Shown in pieces: positions 47,901 to 60,160 of a DNA stretch of 64,000 bases. The notes under the pieces are model-generated. The model saw nothing but the letters and a program-made list of their open reading frames with translations. It made no database searches and was not told the DNA's origin. The DNA is from Anolis carolinensis (Eukaryota), in contig NC_085846.1 of NCBI RefSeq assembly GCF_035594765.1, positions 23,795,190-23,859,189 of the forward strand, given 5' to 3'. Position 1 is the stretch's first letter. The number at the start of each line of letters is the position of its first letter. The position numbers were made by a program, and so were the translations under genes.

Positions 47901-50900
47901 GTAAGGTTGGCGAAACAATTTGAATTTTCCAGGACCTGCTGAGCCTTTCCCTTTATCTCTGTCCCCAGTGTACTGAACTTGTTTATGATGTTTTCTCTTC
48001 TATCCCTCATGAATATAGAAGTTATGCCTTTGAGATTTTAGATATACAGTGAAAAGATCTGAGTTAAAGTCTCAGCACATACATGATGCTCAATGAGTGA
48101 CTTTGTGCCTTTTACTCTGTTTGTTCAAACCCTTCCTCACAGAATTACTGAGAAAAAAATGATATATGTCTGTCATGTATTCTGCTCAAAGTTCTTGGAG
48201 GAAGAGTGAAACATAAATATAATCAGTTTCTCTCAGAGAGCCAGAACAGCATGTGCCAACAAGCTTGTGAAGCCTATATTTGCAATATTTTTAAAAATAA
48301 CTCTCATATAAAATGTGCATAAAAACAAATCTAATGCCAGAAAAAACAGCAAATGTTTAAACCTAAACCCCCTGTGAGCTTGAGTCTCTGGGCAAAGAGC
48401 TCTCCTGCCCATCTCCATTGATTCAGATTCCAACCAAACCTTGCCTGAACCATTTAGTTATCATCTGTGAGAGAATTCAGCTGTCACCAAGCATGTATGA
48501 AACAAAACCTGCTTCTTCTTCTTCTTCTTTTTTACTGTTATAGTGTTCACAGAAAAATAAAATATGAAAGAAGATCTGAAGATTAGTCTTAGTTCTTGCA
48601 ATTAGGGGAAAAGGTAGCTGATAAAAAAACTTCTCTGATTGTCTTACCAGCTTATTATTTTTTATTTTTTGTTTCTGGTCTACCGACCTTGCTGTATCAT
48701 TGCTGAGAAAAGATTATAAAGAATGTTTTTTTTAGGAATTTGGTTAGGGAAAGTAGTGTTAAAAGCGAGAAACTAAAAATTTTATCCAGTGATATTATTC
48801 CACTAGTGTAGAGCTTTTAATTGAACATGCATTAAATATGATGCTTTCATACTACTTGCACAAGGAGTTGCAACTTCATCAAGACAGAAAATCCCACAAT
48901 ATCTGCTTTGAACTGGATTATCTGAGTTACACTCATAGTTCAAAGCAAATAATGTGGAATTTTATTCAGCTGTGTGGAAGGGGCCTTGGTGGAAATGCTA
49001 ACAGAACAGTGACAATGGGAAAATTACTGAAATCTTGTTTGAATAAATCCAGACAAATGACAAGCACATACCTTAGAAGTTGTCAGGGAACTGAAATTTG
49101 TGCTGTGAGTTACACTTATTTGTCTATCCACATGTATGTTGTTTGTGTACTTTAATGGAATCACAGCAAGTAAACAGTAGTGCCCATAATGTCTGTTTAA
49201 AAAATTGGTTGTGGTTATAAAACAGTTTTCTCCAACCTCCAGACGTTAGAGCATTGCTGGCTATGTTAAGGAAATTATGCTTCAGCACATCTGGAGAGCA
49301 CTAGGTTGAAAAGGCTGTTATAAAGGGATCTGGATTTTGGATTTACACCCAGTTTTACAGCTCATGTATTGGAACCTATAGCATTGGATTTGCCAGGTAT
49401 CTGCATGTTCTGGGGCAAAATAATTTGGATGGGTGATATTAGCTGGTTTTGTCACAAACACTCTCATTTCAAAGAGGCAGGATGGCTGCTTTGAGAATGT
49501 AACTACTACATTCCCCCAGTGAAGTGGGGTGAGTAGGGCTGCCTTTGTTTCTTCCCAGTTTCCTGGTTGGCAGAGCAAACAAGGAATTCCACGCATATGA
49601 ATGAAGAAGGCTAGCAGGAAAGATAGACTGCTCTGTTCATTTGCTTTCATCCAGTCCATTTGATCCATTTGAGCCCTTTCGTCCACAGCTAGTAGGAAAG
49701 TACAAGAGACTGGTGAACAAGAGAAAGAGACAGCCATCGTTGCCAGTCCACTGAAGAGAAGGCATTTTACTTTTACTGGTCTGTAAGGAAGCTAAGGAAA
49801 AAAGCCCAAACTAGTAATGTTTCTGTTTTTGTATGCAGCGCTCGAGTAGAGTCTGATTTTCAAGGCCATCATTTTTCACCCTGCTTGGTACTATGGAATA
49901 ATTGCTGCTTACCTTCTAAAAATGGAAAATAAATACAATTTAATCTACATAGAAATGACTGAATAATTAAGCAGTGACAAATTTGATGCAGTGCAGAATT
50001 TCACCAAACTACATTTATCCAAATATGTAAGTGTGATTGCTTTCTGATTGCGTGTATATGTTGTATGTGTCGGGTATATCATTGAGTTGTGTGTGTCATG
50101 TATCGTTGAGGTTTGCAAATGGATGGAAATGGAAGTGCACTGACATAAAATAGAAACTGCTTAGAGCCACTTTTGTTGGTTGCTCAGGAGTGACTCATAA
50201 AGGGAGAGGGGTTCCTTGGTGAGTTGTGATTTTTTTTCAAGTTTATTTTTAGCTATGTTTCTGAAGATGCAGGATTTCCCCCCCTCCATTTAAGATGGTG
50301 CCATTTAAAACAAATCAAAACACCAAATTCTTTAAAAGCAAAGAGCCACAGACAAACACAGGCAGTCACTGGTCTGTGGCAGAGGCGCTGTTCAAACATT
50401 ACACAAAACACAAATTAGGAAAATCACTTAATTTGAATATTGACATACATTAGAGAAATCATGCCATGGGACTACAACTTCCCCAGTTATCCAGCCAAAA
50501 TAACCATGACTATGGTATATAAAGGGTTTTAGGTTCTACAGTCCAAGAAAAATAATTTCCATGTAGCGTAATTATAGATTAAAACCATTTATATGCCATC
50601 ATTTTCTTCTCAAATTATAAAATCACTTCCATTTTCCTGGTCTGGCAGCTTGTTGAGGCAGAGTAGTGGTTCTAATGATGGTGAGTCTATTCAAACCACA
50701 GTGTTGAACATTAATAACTTCCAAGCTCTCTGATTCAGCCACTTTGCTGTTTGTCTGTCCTTCATTTAATTTCTTCACTTCACATAATTCTAAACTAGAG
50801 TTTGCACAAAAGATGACTTACACAGCCACTTCAGATAAGTTATTGTTGGGTTTTCTAGGCCTAAGCCATGGTTTCTCAGTCAAATTATATTAGATTTCCC

Positions 50901-51280
50901 TAAACAAAGTTTGAATTGTTGTCTGAATTGAGCTGCTATCAGAACAAAATATTGCTCATATATGGACAAGATTTTCTTTGTTTTTCTTTCATATGTTTTT
51001 ACAGAGTTGACATAGATAGTAGTGAGGAGTATTTTTACATCAAAGGAAGAATTACTATGGTGGAAATCTACTTTGGTGGAAATCTACCTTAGTTTGAACT
51101 CTCAAAAGTATATACTTTTGGAGTTGACATGTGAGAAGGCAAAATTAGACAGGCAGAATCAGTACAACAGTGTGTTTTTAGTCTTTTCTGAATCTACTTC
51201 AATTTTTATCCAGGCCAGCCTTTCATTTTTCTCCCATTTTTCCCAATTTAGTTTCTCTATCTCCCTTTCTCTGCTTTCCT

Positions 51281-51528
51281 ATGGATTAAACCTTTGTGCT
51301 AGCTGAACTGCTGATCTGAAGGTTGGGTTGCTGACCTGAAGGTTGCCAGTTCAAATCCGTGAGACAGGGTGAGATCCTGTCTGTCAGTTCTAGCTTGTGG
51401 GGACGTGAGAGAAGCCTCCCAGCTAACACATCCAGGTGTCCCCTGGGCAACGTCTCCGTATATGGCCAATTCTCTCACATCAGAAGCAACTTGCAGAATG
51501 TTCTCAAGACACTTCTGACACGATAAAA
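51281..51528 (+). mobile_element. tRNA-derived SINE (Vingi-like tail)
   Basis: Shares its body with 13255; ends ttctcaagacacttctgacacgataaaaa. Confidence 0.82.
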
Positions 51529-51738
51529 ATTTAAAAAGTGGCTGTTAGTGTTTTTTAAAGTCACCATTCACCTTTTTTGTAAGTGTAATAATCTTCTGTC
51601 AGCAGATGGGGAGTAGAGAGTTGTCCTTTCTTGATCTGCTACCTTCTCTCTCAAGCCAACTCTACATCACTTTTTTAAAAAGAAAAAAGCTCTCTTTTAT
51701 ATGAATGTGAACCAGGGTTGTTGTATGTTTTCCGGGCT

Positions 51739-52006
51739 TTTTTTTTTTCGTGTCAGGAGCAACCGGAGTTGCTTCTGGAGTGAGAGAATTGGCCGTCTGC
51801 AAGGACGTTGCCCAGGGGACGCCCGGATGTTTTGATGTTTTATCATCCTTGTGGGAGGCTTCTCTCATGTCCCCGCATGGAGCTGGAGCTGATAGAGGGA
51901 GCTCATCCGCACTCTCCCCGGGTGGGATTCGAACCTGGCAGCTTTCAGGTCAGCAACCCAACCTTCAAGTTACGAGGCTTTTATCCCCTTGGCCACCGGG
52001 GCCTCC
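51739..52006 (-). mobile_element. Young tRNA-derived SINE inserted into the Penelope fragment
   Basis: Poly-T end, B-box gggattcgaacc, 12-bp TSD gttttccgggct (51727-51738 and 52007-52018). Confidence 0.92.
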
Positions 52007-52046
52007 GTTTTCCGGGCTGTATGGCCATGTTCTAGATGTATTCTCT

Positions 52047-52087
52047 CCTGACATTTCGCCCATATCTATGGCAGGCATCCTCAGAGG
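52047..52087 (-). ncRNA. Minimal hammerhead ribozyme remnant
   Basis: Minus strand ccu-CUGAGGA-u-gccugc...augggc-GAAAu-GUC-agg; one substitution in GAAAC. Confidence 0.65.
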
Positions 52088-52657
52088 TTGTGAGGTATGG
52101 AGAAACTAAGCAAGGAAGGTTCATATATATATCTGTGGGAAGTCCAGGGTGAGGGAAGAACTCTTGTCAGTTGGAGGCCAGCTGTAAATGTTGCAATTAA
52201 TCACCCTAATTTGCATTGAATGGCAAGCTGTAAATGTTGCAGCTTGCCATTGAATGTGAACCGTGTATTTAAATTGCTGTGCAAAGAGTGGGACAGGAGC
52301 TGGGGGTCAGGTCCCAGGAGGTCATGGGACAGATGATAGGGTGCTACGGGTAGCATCTGGTGAAGTCTGATACAGGTTCCCCATTCCTGATTTAGACTAT
52401 TCCATGTTCTATACCACTTAAGTTGCTGCACGTATCGACCATGTTTTCACATACACCTATTTCTGTTGAACAAGCTTTTTACAGTAGAAAGATGTTAAGG
52501 TGAAGTAGAATATTGATTTGCTTTTTCCCAGGTGTTGTTCACAATTCTACTCATGATCAGTTTCTTCACGTCGACATGTTCAGGTACCTGATAAGAAACC
52601 TTCATGACTGACTTGGACAACCATAGAGAAAAAACTGTTTGATTTTTGAATAGTCAA

Positions 52658-52880
52658 AGTGTGGTGTAGCGATTTGTGTGCTGGGCTAGGACTCTTGGGA
52701 GACCAAGGTTCAAAACTTCACTCAGCCACAGAAACCTCACAGGAAAGTTTTTGACAAGTTATGCACTCTCAGCCTTAGAGAAAGGCAAAGGCAAACTCCC
52801 TCTGAATAAGTCTTGCCAAGGAAATCCCATCATAGGGTTGCTATAACTCGGAAATGACTGCAAAGCACATAACAGCAACA
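52658..52880 (+). mobile_element. tRNA-derived SINE with RTE-type tail
   Basis: gtggtgtagcg head; tail gggttgctataactcggaaatgactgcaaagcacataacagcaaca. Confidence 0.75.
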
Positions 52881-54562
52881 AGATTGAGCAGCAAATCCTG
52901 AAATACTATTTCAAATTTTCACTCTCCCTTATTATGCACTGTGCAATTCTTCCATTCTTGACATCTGCAGAACTGAGCTGCCAACCAGAAGGGTATGTAA
53001 TTACCTTCCATATGGCAGGTCCGCCCTTGCTTCCCTCAGTCATTTAGTAGACTTCTTAAAAATGGACTCCATTGTTTCAAGAAAAAGTGCCACCCGCTGG
53101 TTAGTGCTATCTTTAAGACATCCTAAATAACAATATTTTTCTGGTCCCTAACAACAAGCAACAGCAACAACAAAAAAACAAACAAACCCACAGTTGTTTC
53201 CCTTTTCTGCCTTGATAATGACATTTTCATTATCTGGAACCACAGAGCATAGCATTTGAGAAATTTCACAGGAATTTCAGCTGCTTTTGTCCCTCAGCAT
53301 TATCCAACTTGCACATCAGATCTGCTTTCTCTATCTTACATGCTACTATGCAGTTATCATATCAACATCATCTTATACCAGCAACCCACTCAACATTTTA
53401 CATCCATGTAGACTTCTGGTTATCACACCATATATTTTTACTACAAAGGTCAGTAAAGTGCAGCCTTCCAGGTCTTGTGAATATCAACTCTCACCATCCC
53501 TAGTCAGCATAGTCAACAGTGGATGATTTGGGAAGGTCTTCCCAAATCTTCTGATCTTCTGCCAGCAGCAACAGAGAGTTACTTTGCCCATTCTTACTTT
53601 GCAATACAAGTGCATTTGTTCTAGTCCTGCAAAAAGGAATTTCATGCCTAACAAACAGACATTTTGAAAACAGATATATCAGGCAAGTGAAGAACAACAG
53701 TCATAAGGTTAGACTAGTATCTAAAAGTTGTCTATTATAGAAAAGTGGTGGAGTAAAGAAACTGAGTTCCATGTTTACTTCAATTCTGAAATCTGTTCAA
53801 TGTATTTTCAAGAATTTGTAAGCCATCAAAGAAAACAACGTCTTTCTTGTGTGGCCCTCAGTGACACTGTTTTTGCTTAGGCTGAAATGGCTGCTCAGCA
53901 GCTACAACAGGCTACCAAAGAAATACAACATGGGAGTTGTGATTTGGTGAGGCACAGCACTTTTTGGCAGAAAAGGCTAAAGATCGTGTAAAACTATAGG
54001 ACCTATGATTCTGTAACATTGAGCCATGGCAGTAAAAATGCTTCAAACTGCATTAATTCTCCAGTTATAGATACAGTCTTAGCCCTAGAGGTTTCAACTT
54101 TATCCCATTATGTTATGGATAACACTATTACTGCCAGCCACTTACCAGGGAACCATTAATCCGCCCCCACACATGCACTTTAGTTGTTAGTCTCTAAATA
54201 TTTGAAATATCTCTGGTTATCTTTAGACTTAGTAACATTGCACATTGCTTAGTTAACCTTGACAGTCAATTGCTCCTGCTATGTTTACTATTTTTAACTC
54301 ACCTTTCTGAATAGGCATTGCTGCCAAATCTTACAATTTGTATAACCTTAAGAACCTGTCAGAATATCGGATGCTTAGCATGTGCAATCTCTTCCACCAT
54401 GACCCTGTGGGCTAATACAGTGTTTTTCTCATTGTGCCAGCTCATTATAAAGGCCAGCACAAACATTATACAGTCTTACCTTTACATTTTTACTACCGTA
54501 ATTGCCTTGAAATTCTTGGTAGCATTTTCTCTTGGCCTTCTCAGAGCTAGCAATATTTAAAC

Positions 54563-54688
54563 CAGGGTTGTGGTTCTTCAGATGTTTTGCCTCCAACTCC
54601 CAGAAGTACTAGCAGGCATGTTCAATGTCCAGGAAGTTTGGGAGCTGAAGTCCAAAACACCTGGAGGGCCACAAGATGTGCAGATTTG
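54563..54688. mobile_element. Degenerate hAT MITE
   Basis: Palindromic cagatgttttgcctccaactccca / tgggagctgaagtccaaaacacctg; TSD atttaaac/ttttaaac. Confidence 0.65.
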
Positions 54689-55489
54689 TTTTAAACCATG
54701 GACAACTAATGTGCAGCAATCCAGATGTGGTTGACTTGCAACATCAAAAGGCCACTTGTTCTTCAACCTTGATTTAAATTCTCCTACATTGAATTTCTGC
54801 ATCTGAATAAGATCTTCTTCAGCTTAGCCAGCTTTAGTGCAGAAAAGGTAACTTTCCTTCATTCTGATCCTGAATCCCTCATTGCATGATGGGCATGAAT
54901 ATTTTAGCATCTTGGCCTTGCATATTAGCTGACTGGTGCTTTTTCCTCTCTTTAGAAGATCACAAGCATCGCTTGTCTCCCTCAGCAGCTAATTCCATTT
55001 GGCTGCATCAGAGGGAAAGGTGACGCAGCAAGGCCCCCTCCATCAGCTTGGCTGGCACCAGCTGCCACTTGACTCCTCCCTTACCATAACTGTCTGTTGC
55101 AGTGAGCATCCCACCAGGGCATTATGTAACTCCATTATGTAACACTATGAAATAGTTAGAGCCTGAATTTCCTCTTGTTTCCCTCTTCCTGCCACTGTTC
55201 TATTTTTCCTTTTCCATCATGCTTTCCATAGATTGTGAGTCATTATTGTAACCTGTGCTCGTTGTAGTGGTGTATAAGTGCAGTACATTGGTAACAATAT
55301 TTATGTGGCAGCCTCTAGAGTAGTAGCTCAATATATTTTGCAGCCCAAGAAAGGGCAGCAAGTGGCACTCCTGCCCATTAGTTTAATTATATTTCGTCAC
55401 CAGTGTGCACAGTACTTCACTAAACTTTGTAGTGTCTATAAGAGGCTGTCAATACCTTTTGTTGGATAGGTCTGGACATATCTTAATAA

Positions 55490-55665
55490 AGCATGGTGCA
55501 ATGGTGTGAGTGTTAGACCTCTACTCTAGAGACCGGTTTTACTTTCCTACTTAGCCATAGAAACCTACTGGGTGACTTTGGATGAGTCACATACTCTCGG
55601 CACCAGAAAAACCTGTGTTAGGATTGCCATACGTTGGAAATGATTTGAAGGTACACAGTAACAGA
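55490..55665 (+). mobile_element. tRNA-derived SINE with RTE-type tail, internally deleted
   Basis: catggtgcaatgg head; tail ggattgccatacgttggaaatgatttgaaggtacacagtaaca. Confidence 0.65.
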
Positions 55666-58000
55666 ACAAACTGCAACTAAGATTCACATTATATGGCTTG
55701 CCACTGTCCAGATATAATTGAAACCAACCCTTGTCATCCCCAGACAGCATGGTAATTGTTGTTACTACTCTGTCTTCCCTCCTTTTGCTCATTCATGAAG
55801 TTGCCTGTGAGAATTGTTTCAGGTAATCAAAGGCTCATTGAGATCAGATCTTGCTGGGGATATAATAGATCCCTCATCAGCTTCTGTGACAAGTTTACCA
55901 GGCACTGTGCAGATATGATTTCTCCTATTAGCTTTGAATGTGGTGGTGATATTGATACAGCCTTCCAGAGCACTGTCTAGCTTGGTTTGTAACTGTAGTA
56001 GATGCATTGTGAGGCTTTGGAGAAGATATTTGGAAGGGGTAACACTGACTTTTTATCTCCTTGGCCCTGACAAATAAAAGCTAACTGGAGGTGGACGGAT
56101 TTTACTATATCATGTTGCAGGCAACATTTCTATAGAGTGAGGGTACATTGTAAATCTTTTAAATAAGAAAGGTGTTGGGGAACATAACTTTGAGATTTTT
56201 TTAAACCAGTGATAGTTATTTCCCAGAGAACACGAGTAACTGGCATCCCCTCCTGGTTCTGATAAGATAATGAGGTGATCACAGTGCTTTCGGGTTTATT
56301 TGTTTGTGGTAGAAATGAGCAAAATGTGGTCTGTCAAATATTGTATTGCAGCTCCCATCTAATTAACAGTATCTAATAGGTCACATTTTTCTTATCGTGA
56401 TAATGATATTGCTCTTACTTCACTCCTGTAGTTGAATGGTAGGATTTTATTAATTTACTTATTTTTGTGAAATGATGTGCATTTCTGCTTAAAAGTTTAA
56501 GGGGGCATTCCAACTGTCTGCAGACCTTTTGCTGGAGCTCACTGACTTTTCCAAATTGAACTTGTGAAGTCAGAAGTAACCACCACTGACTTCACTGAAA
56601 CTTACTTCCACTTTACTATGCCTAGAATTGCAACTCTGCTGATTTAACAAATTCTGTATTGTGCTCTGTGTACACTTTTCTTAGAAGCTCAAATGTTTTA
56701 AAATTTATCACTGCTCTACTGCTGTCTGCATAGTAATATATCCTGAAATGATCTGTCCCATCAGGACTTTCTTCCTGTATGTCAAGTTCTAACTTGTCAT
56801 TTTTGTGTGTGATATATTTCCCAGGGCTGTGCTCCAGTCTACAAAGCTGTCAGCAGAAATACTTTTATTTTCTATTATAAAACTTTGATTCTTAAATTCT
56901 GAGCAACTTGCTTGTTGGGGAAAGAGCAATATTTTCAGTCAGTCCTGGTTCTCTTGAGCAGATAGTTGTTCTTAAAAACTTTGAAAGGATCAAAAAATGA
57001 GCTTTGCTAATTTAATTATTGATTGTGTTCTATTTTATTGTGTGGATTCAGACTGAGGCTCATTGATTTTCATGTGAAAAGTCAGCTATGGCTTGAGTTT
57101 GCTTTTTGGTGGGAACTGTGTAACCAACTAAGGAGAAAATCCAATAGTGCACGTCTCTTGGTAGAATGACAATTTCTTCTCCCTCTACTAGTATCACTCT
57201 GTGTCCTTGTGAGAAAATGTGCATCTTCTTTTGCTTTGCTAAGAATTCAAAAATTGCATAGTGACAAAATTTCCAGTCCTTTACGTAGCTCAAACAAGTA
57301 ATTTGCTGTGGAAAATAATGAAAGGATACAGCTGAAACAAAAATGGCATAATTCAGAAAATGATATGAGTACATTTGAGAGTCCAAAGAGATTGTACAGT
57401 TGACTGTAAAATGTGACATGAGTTCAGAATGTTTAGCTTGTATAGCGCAAGCGAAGACTATTTGCCCTGACTGACTCCTGAAATTGTTGGTGCTGTGCAT
57501 AGGATTGGAGTTTACCTGATATTACTTTTTGTACTCATTTGGGTTAATGGATAGTTTTCCCTGCATGGAAAGTAATGGCTGTGTTAACTAGGATGAGGGA
57601 AGATGTATCCCAGCACATCTGGATAGTACCAACTTGAAGCAGATGCACTTTTGTTATCTTCACAAATACATAAGCAATACTTAAGCAATGTTTATTTGCT
57701 GCCTTTTTTGTTGTGCAAGTGAGGCATCTGTTTTAATTGACTCCTGAAATCTCTGTATAGGATTGCAATCTACCTGCTGTTAACTCTTTTGTATGTCTTA
57801 CTAGCATACTGATTTCAAATAAGCAAGTTGCATGTCAGGTATACGGCCTAGTAGTTTCTTGCCTTTTTAGTAAGAACCAGCCGGAGTGGCAAAATATCCT
57901 TTATCATGATTTGTTGAAGTTTCTTAATTTCTTCTTATCGTTACCCCTCATACTGCATTTCCAATCTTTCCCTTAATTTGTGTTTCCTTTAATATAGCAG

Positions 58001-58132
58001 ATGCTGCCCCAACACCGAGCTGTCAATATGGATGGGTCGGCTAACCAACTCAGCTTGTACACTTCCCCATCTCTGCCCAACATCTCCTTGGGACTTCAGG
58101 CTACCGTCACAGTGACAAATTCGCACCTCAAT
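58001..58132 (+). CDS. HDAC5: HDAC5 coding exon H
   Basis: tagcag acceptor, AAT|gtgagc donor, 132 bp, phase 0-0. MLPQHRAVNMDGSANQLSLYTSPSLPNISLGLQATVTVTNSHLN. Confidence 0.96.
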
Positions 58133-59499
58133 GTGAGCATGTGGACAAAAATCCTCACAAACATCTTAGGACAGGGATGGGCAACTAAGGCCAGGCTGAG
58201 GGTCACTTTCCAGTTGGCCAAATGCATGAGGGCTGCAGTTTTATTTTCATTCTGTGGAATACTTACATGTAATCATTTGTAAATAACTTTCCATTCTTTG
58301 TTTTGGTTTTCATAGGTAGTAAGCAGAGGCAATGTTCTCTCTCTGTGTATTTGTGTATTCTATTTAAAATCTTATTTATGCTCATGGCTATTGCAACATA
58401 GTGTTTAATCTCTGGTTGCATACTGTCACTTTCACATGCAACTGCTACCTATCAAATTCACAAAAAAAAAAACACCATTAGAATGCTTTACTGCTACCAC
58501 AGATCTTTGCTTTTGTTTTATAGCTCTTGTTTGATTCATATTCTTCCTCCCACAAGCATTGAACCTTCCTTTTGAAAGAAAGTGATGGTGATCCACCCAA
58601 AAGAACATTTAGAATTGTTCTTCTTTTTGTTTTCTTCTGCTCTTCGGAGGGGCCCAGTCTGGGTTTTGTTTTCTCGCACATCAACTGGTGTCCAGCTGTG
58701 ACCTATTTATTGCCTCCCTCTGGTGACAGGCACCGAACTTGGCTCACGTTGGATATGTGGTACTCATGCCTAGTCTACAACTTGGCTATTTTCAGCATCA
58801 GAAGTTGGAAATAGCTGACTGGCAGACTTCACATTCTGCTGGTCTCTGCTGTGATTTGTTTTCATCCCCGAAGAGCTGCAAAGATATTATGGCTGTGCTT
58901 GTGTGCTCCAGACACCCAGGCTCAGCCTGAAATTAGAAAGAGCCCCTGACTTCTTTTAATGGTCTGCATTCGAGTTTGGGCCCAGTTAGATGAATTAGTC
59001 TATACAGGGCTATCATGCTCTGAAATATAGCTCTGTTGCCGCTATGGATTTGGGCTTCCTTGCCCCTACCAACACTAACATCGTAATTTCCAAAATATAT
59101 TGAAGGCAAGAAAGGAGACATTTCTAGATATATACATGATTGGACTCATCTTGAAGTCTAGCAATACTTGTGTATCTTTCCTATGGTAACCTTATCATCT
59201 CAATTTAATTTGGGGAATGCTTCGAAAAGATGGAGACCACAATAGGCTGATTTAGAATTTACTCAGACTTCTGAAGAAATGTGGATCTAATCTTAGTTGA
59301 TATATGAGATAAGCTTTAAAAAGTAAGAAAGAACCACATAAATCCTGTATTCAAATGCCTGTTGAGAGACATAAATATTGGGTAACAATGTCCGACTTCT
59401 GAAAGGGCAGAAACCCCGAAAGCAACAGAAATCAGGTTAATGTTTCACAGCCTAGATTTTCATGGGGTGCTGTAAGCATTCTTGTATTTTCTCTTTTAG

Positions 59500-59722
59500 G
59501 CCTCTCCGAGTCTTTCCACTCAGCAGGAAGCAGAGCGGCAGGCCATCCAGTCATTACGACAGGGGGGTGCCTTGACAAGCAAGTTCCTGAGCATGTCGTC
59601 GATCCCCAGTTGCCTTCTGGGGGTGGCCCTTGAGGGCGAGACCAACAACCATGGCCATGCATCTTTGCTTCAACACGTCCTGCTCCTTGAACAGGCTCGG
59701 CAGCAGAATACACTAATTGCTG
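59500..59722 (+). CDS. HDAC5: HDAC5 coding exon I
   Basis: ttttag acceptor, G|gtgagt donor, 223 bp, phase 0-1. ASPSLSTQQEAERQAIQSLRQGG...HASLLQHVLLLEQARQQNTLIA. Confidence 0.96.
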
Positions 59723-60160
59723 GTGAGTAAGAGGTTAAGGTGATATGGACACACCATATAGATCAAAACAGCTTGTACAAGATGGAAGGTAATACTCAGC
59801 CACTATTGTTGACAACAGCTGGGAACAACTAGGAGATTGTACAGGCTGATGACATCATCTTTCTGTTCCTGATTCAGATCTGCTGGCTATTCACCAGGCT
59901 TGCTCTGTGTGACTTGGTCTCATTTGACTCCCTGCCTGCCTTCCTCCAAATATGGAGTACCTCTTTTCAGTTAATGGTTGGTTCTCAGTTGCAGCAGCTA
60001 TGTAGTACATTATTCCTCCAGCACAAGCCATCAGTGGATCTTCAGCATCTCTAGGGAAACCTTGCTAGGCATTGTTTCAGTAATATTTCTCCCCTCTGTA
60101 AATACAAAAGGTGGTAATTTGTCATCCAGGTTCACTGAAGAAATAGGGAAGATTGTTTTC

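Larger units (their letters stand above)
51721..52250 (-). mobile_element. Penelope-like element terminal fragment, split by a SINE
   Basis: gttttccgggctgtatggccatgttctag...cctgacatttcgcc...ggcaggcatcctcagagg, i.e. the hammerhead-bearing pseudo-LTR on the minus strand. Confidence 0.75.

Noticed and set aside
57474-57795. Diverged ~55-bp direct repeat (57474 and 57739)
   Set aside because: Short and degenerate, with no structural or functional hint.
58711-58727. CTCF-like motif (also at 36787-36803)
   Set aside because: Only an approximate match by eye; needs a PWM score or ChIP data.
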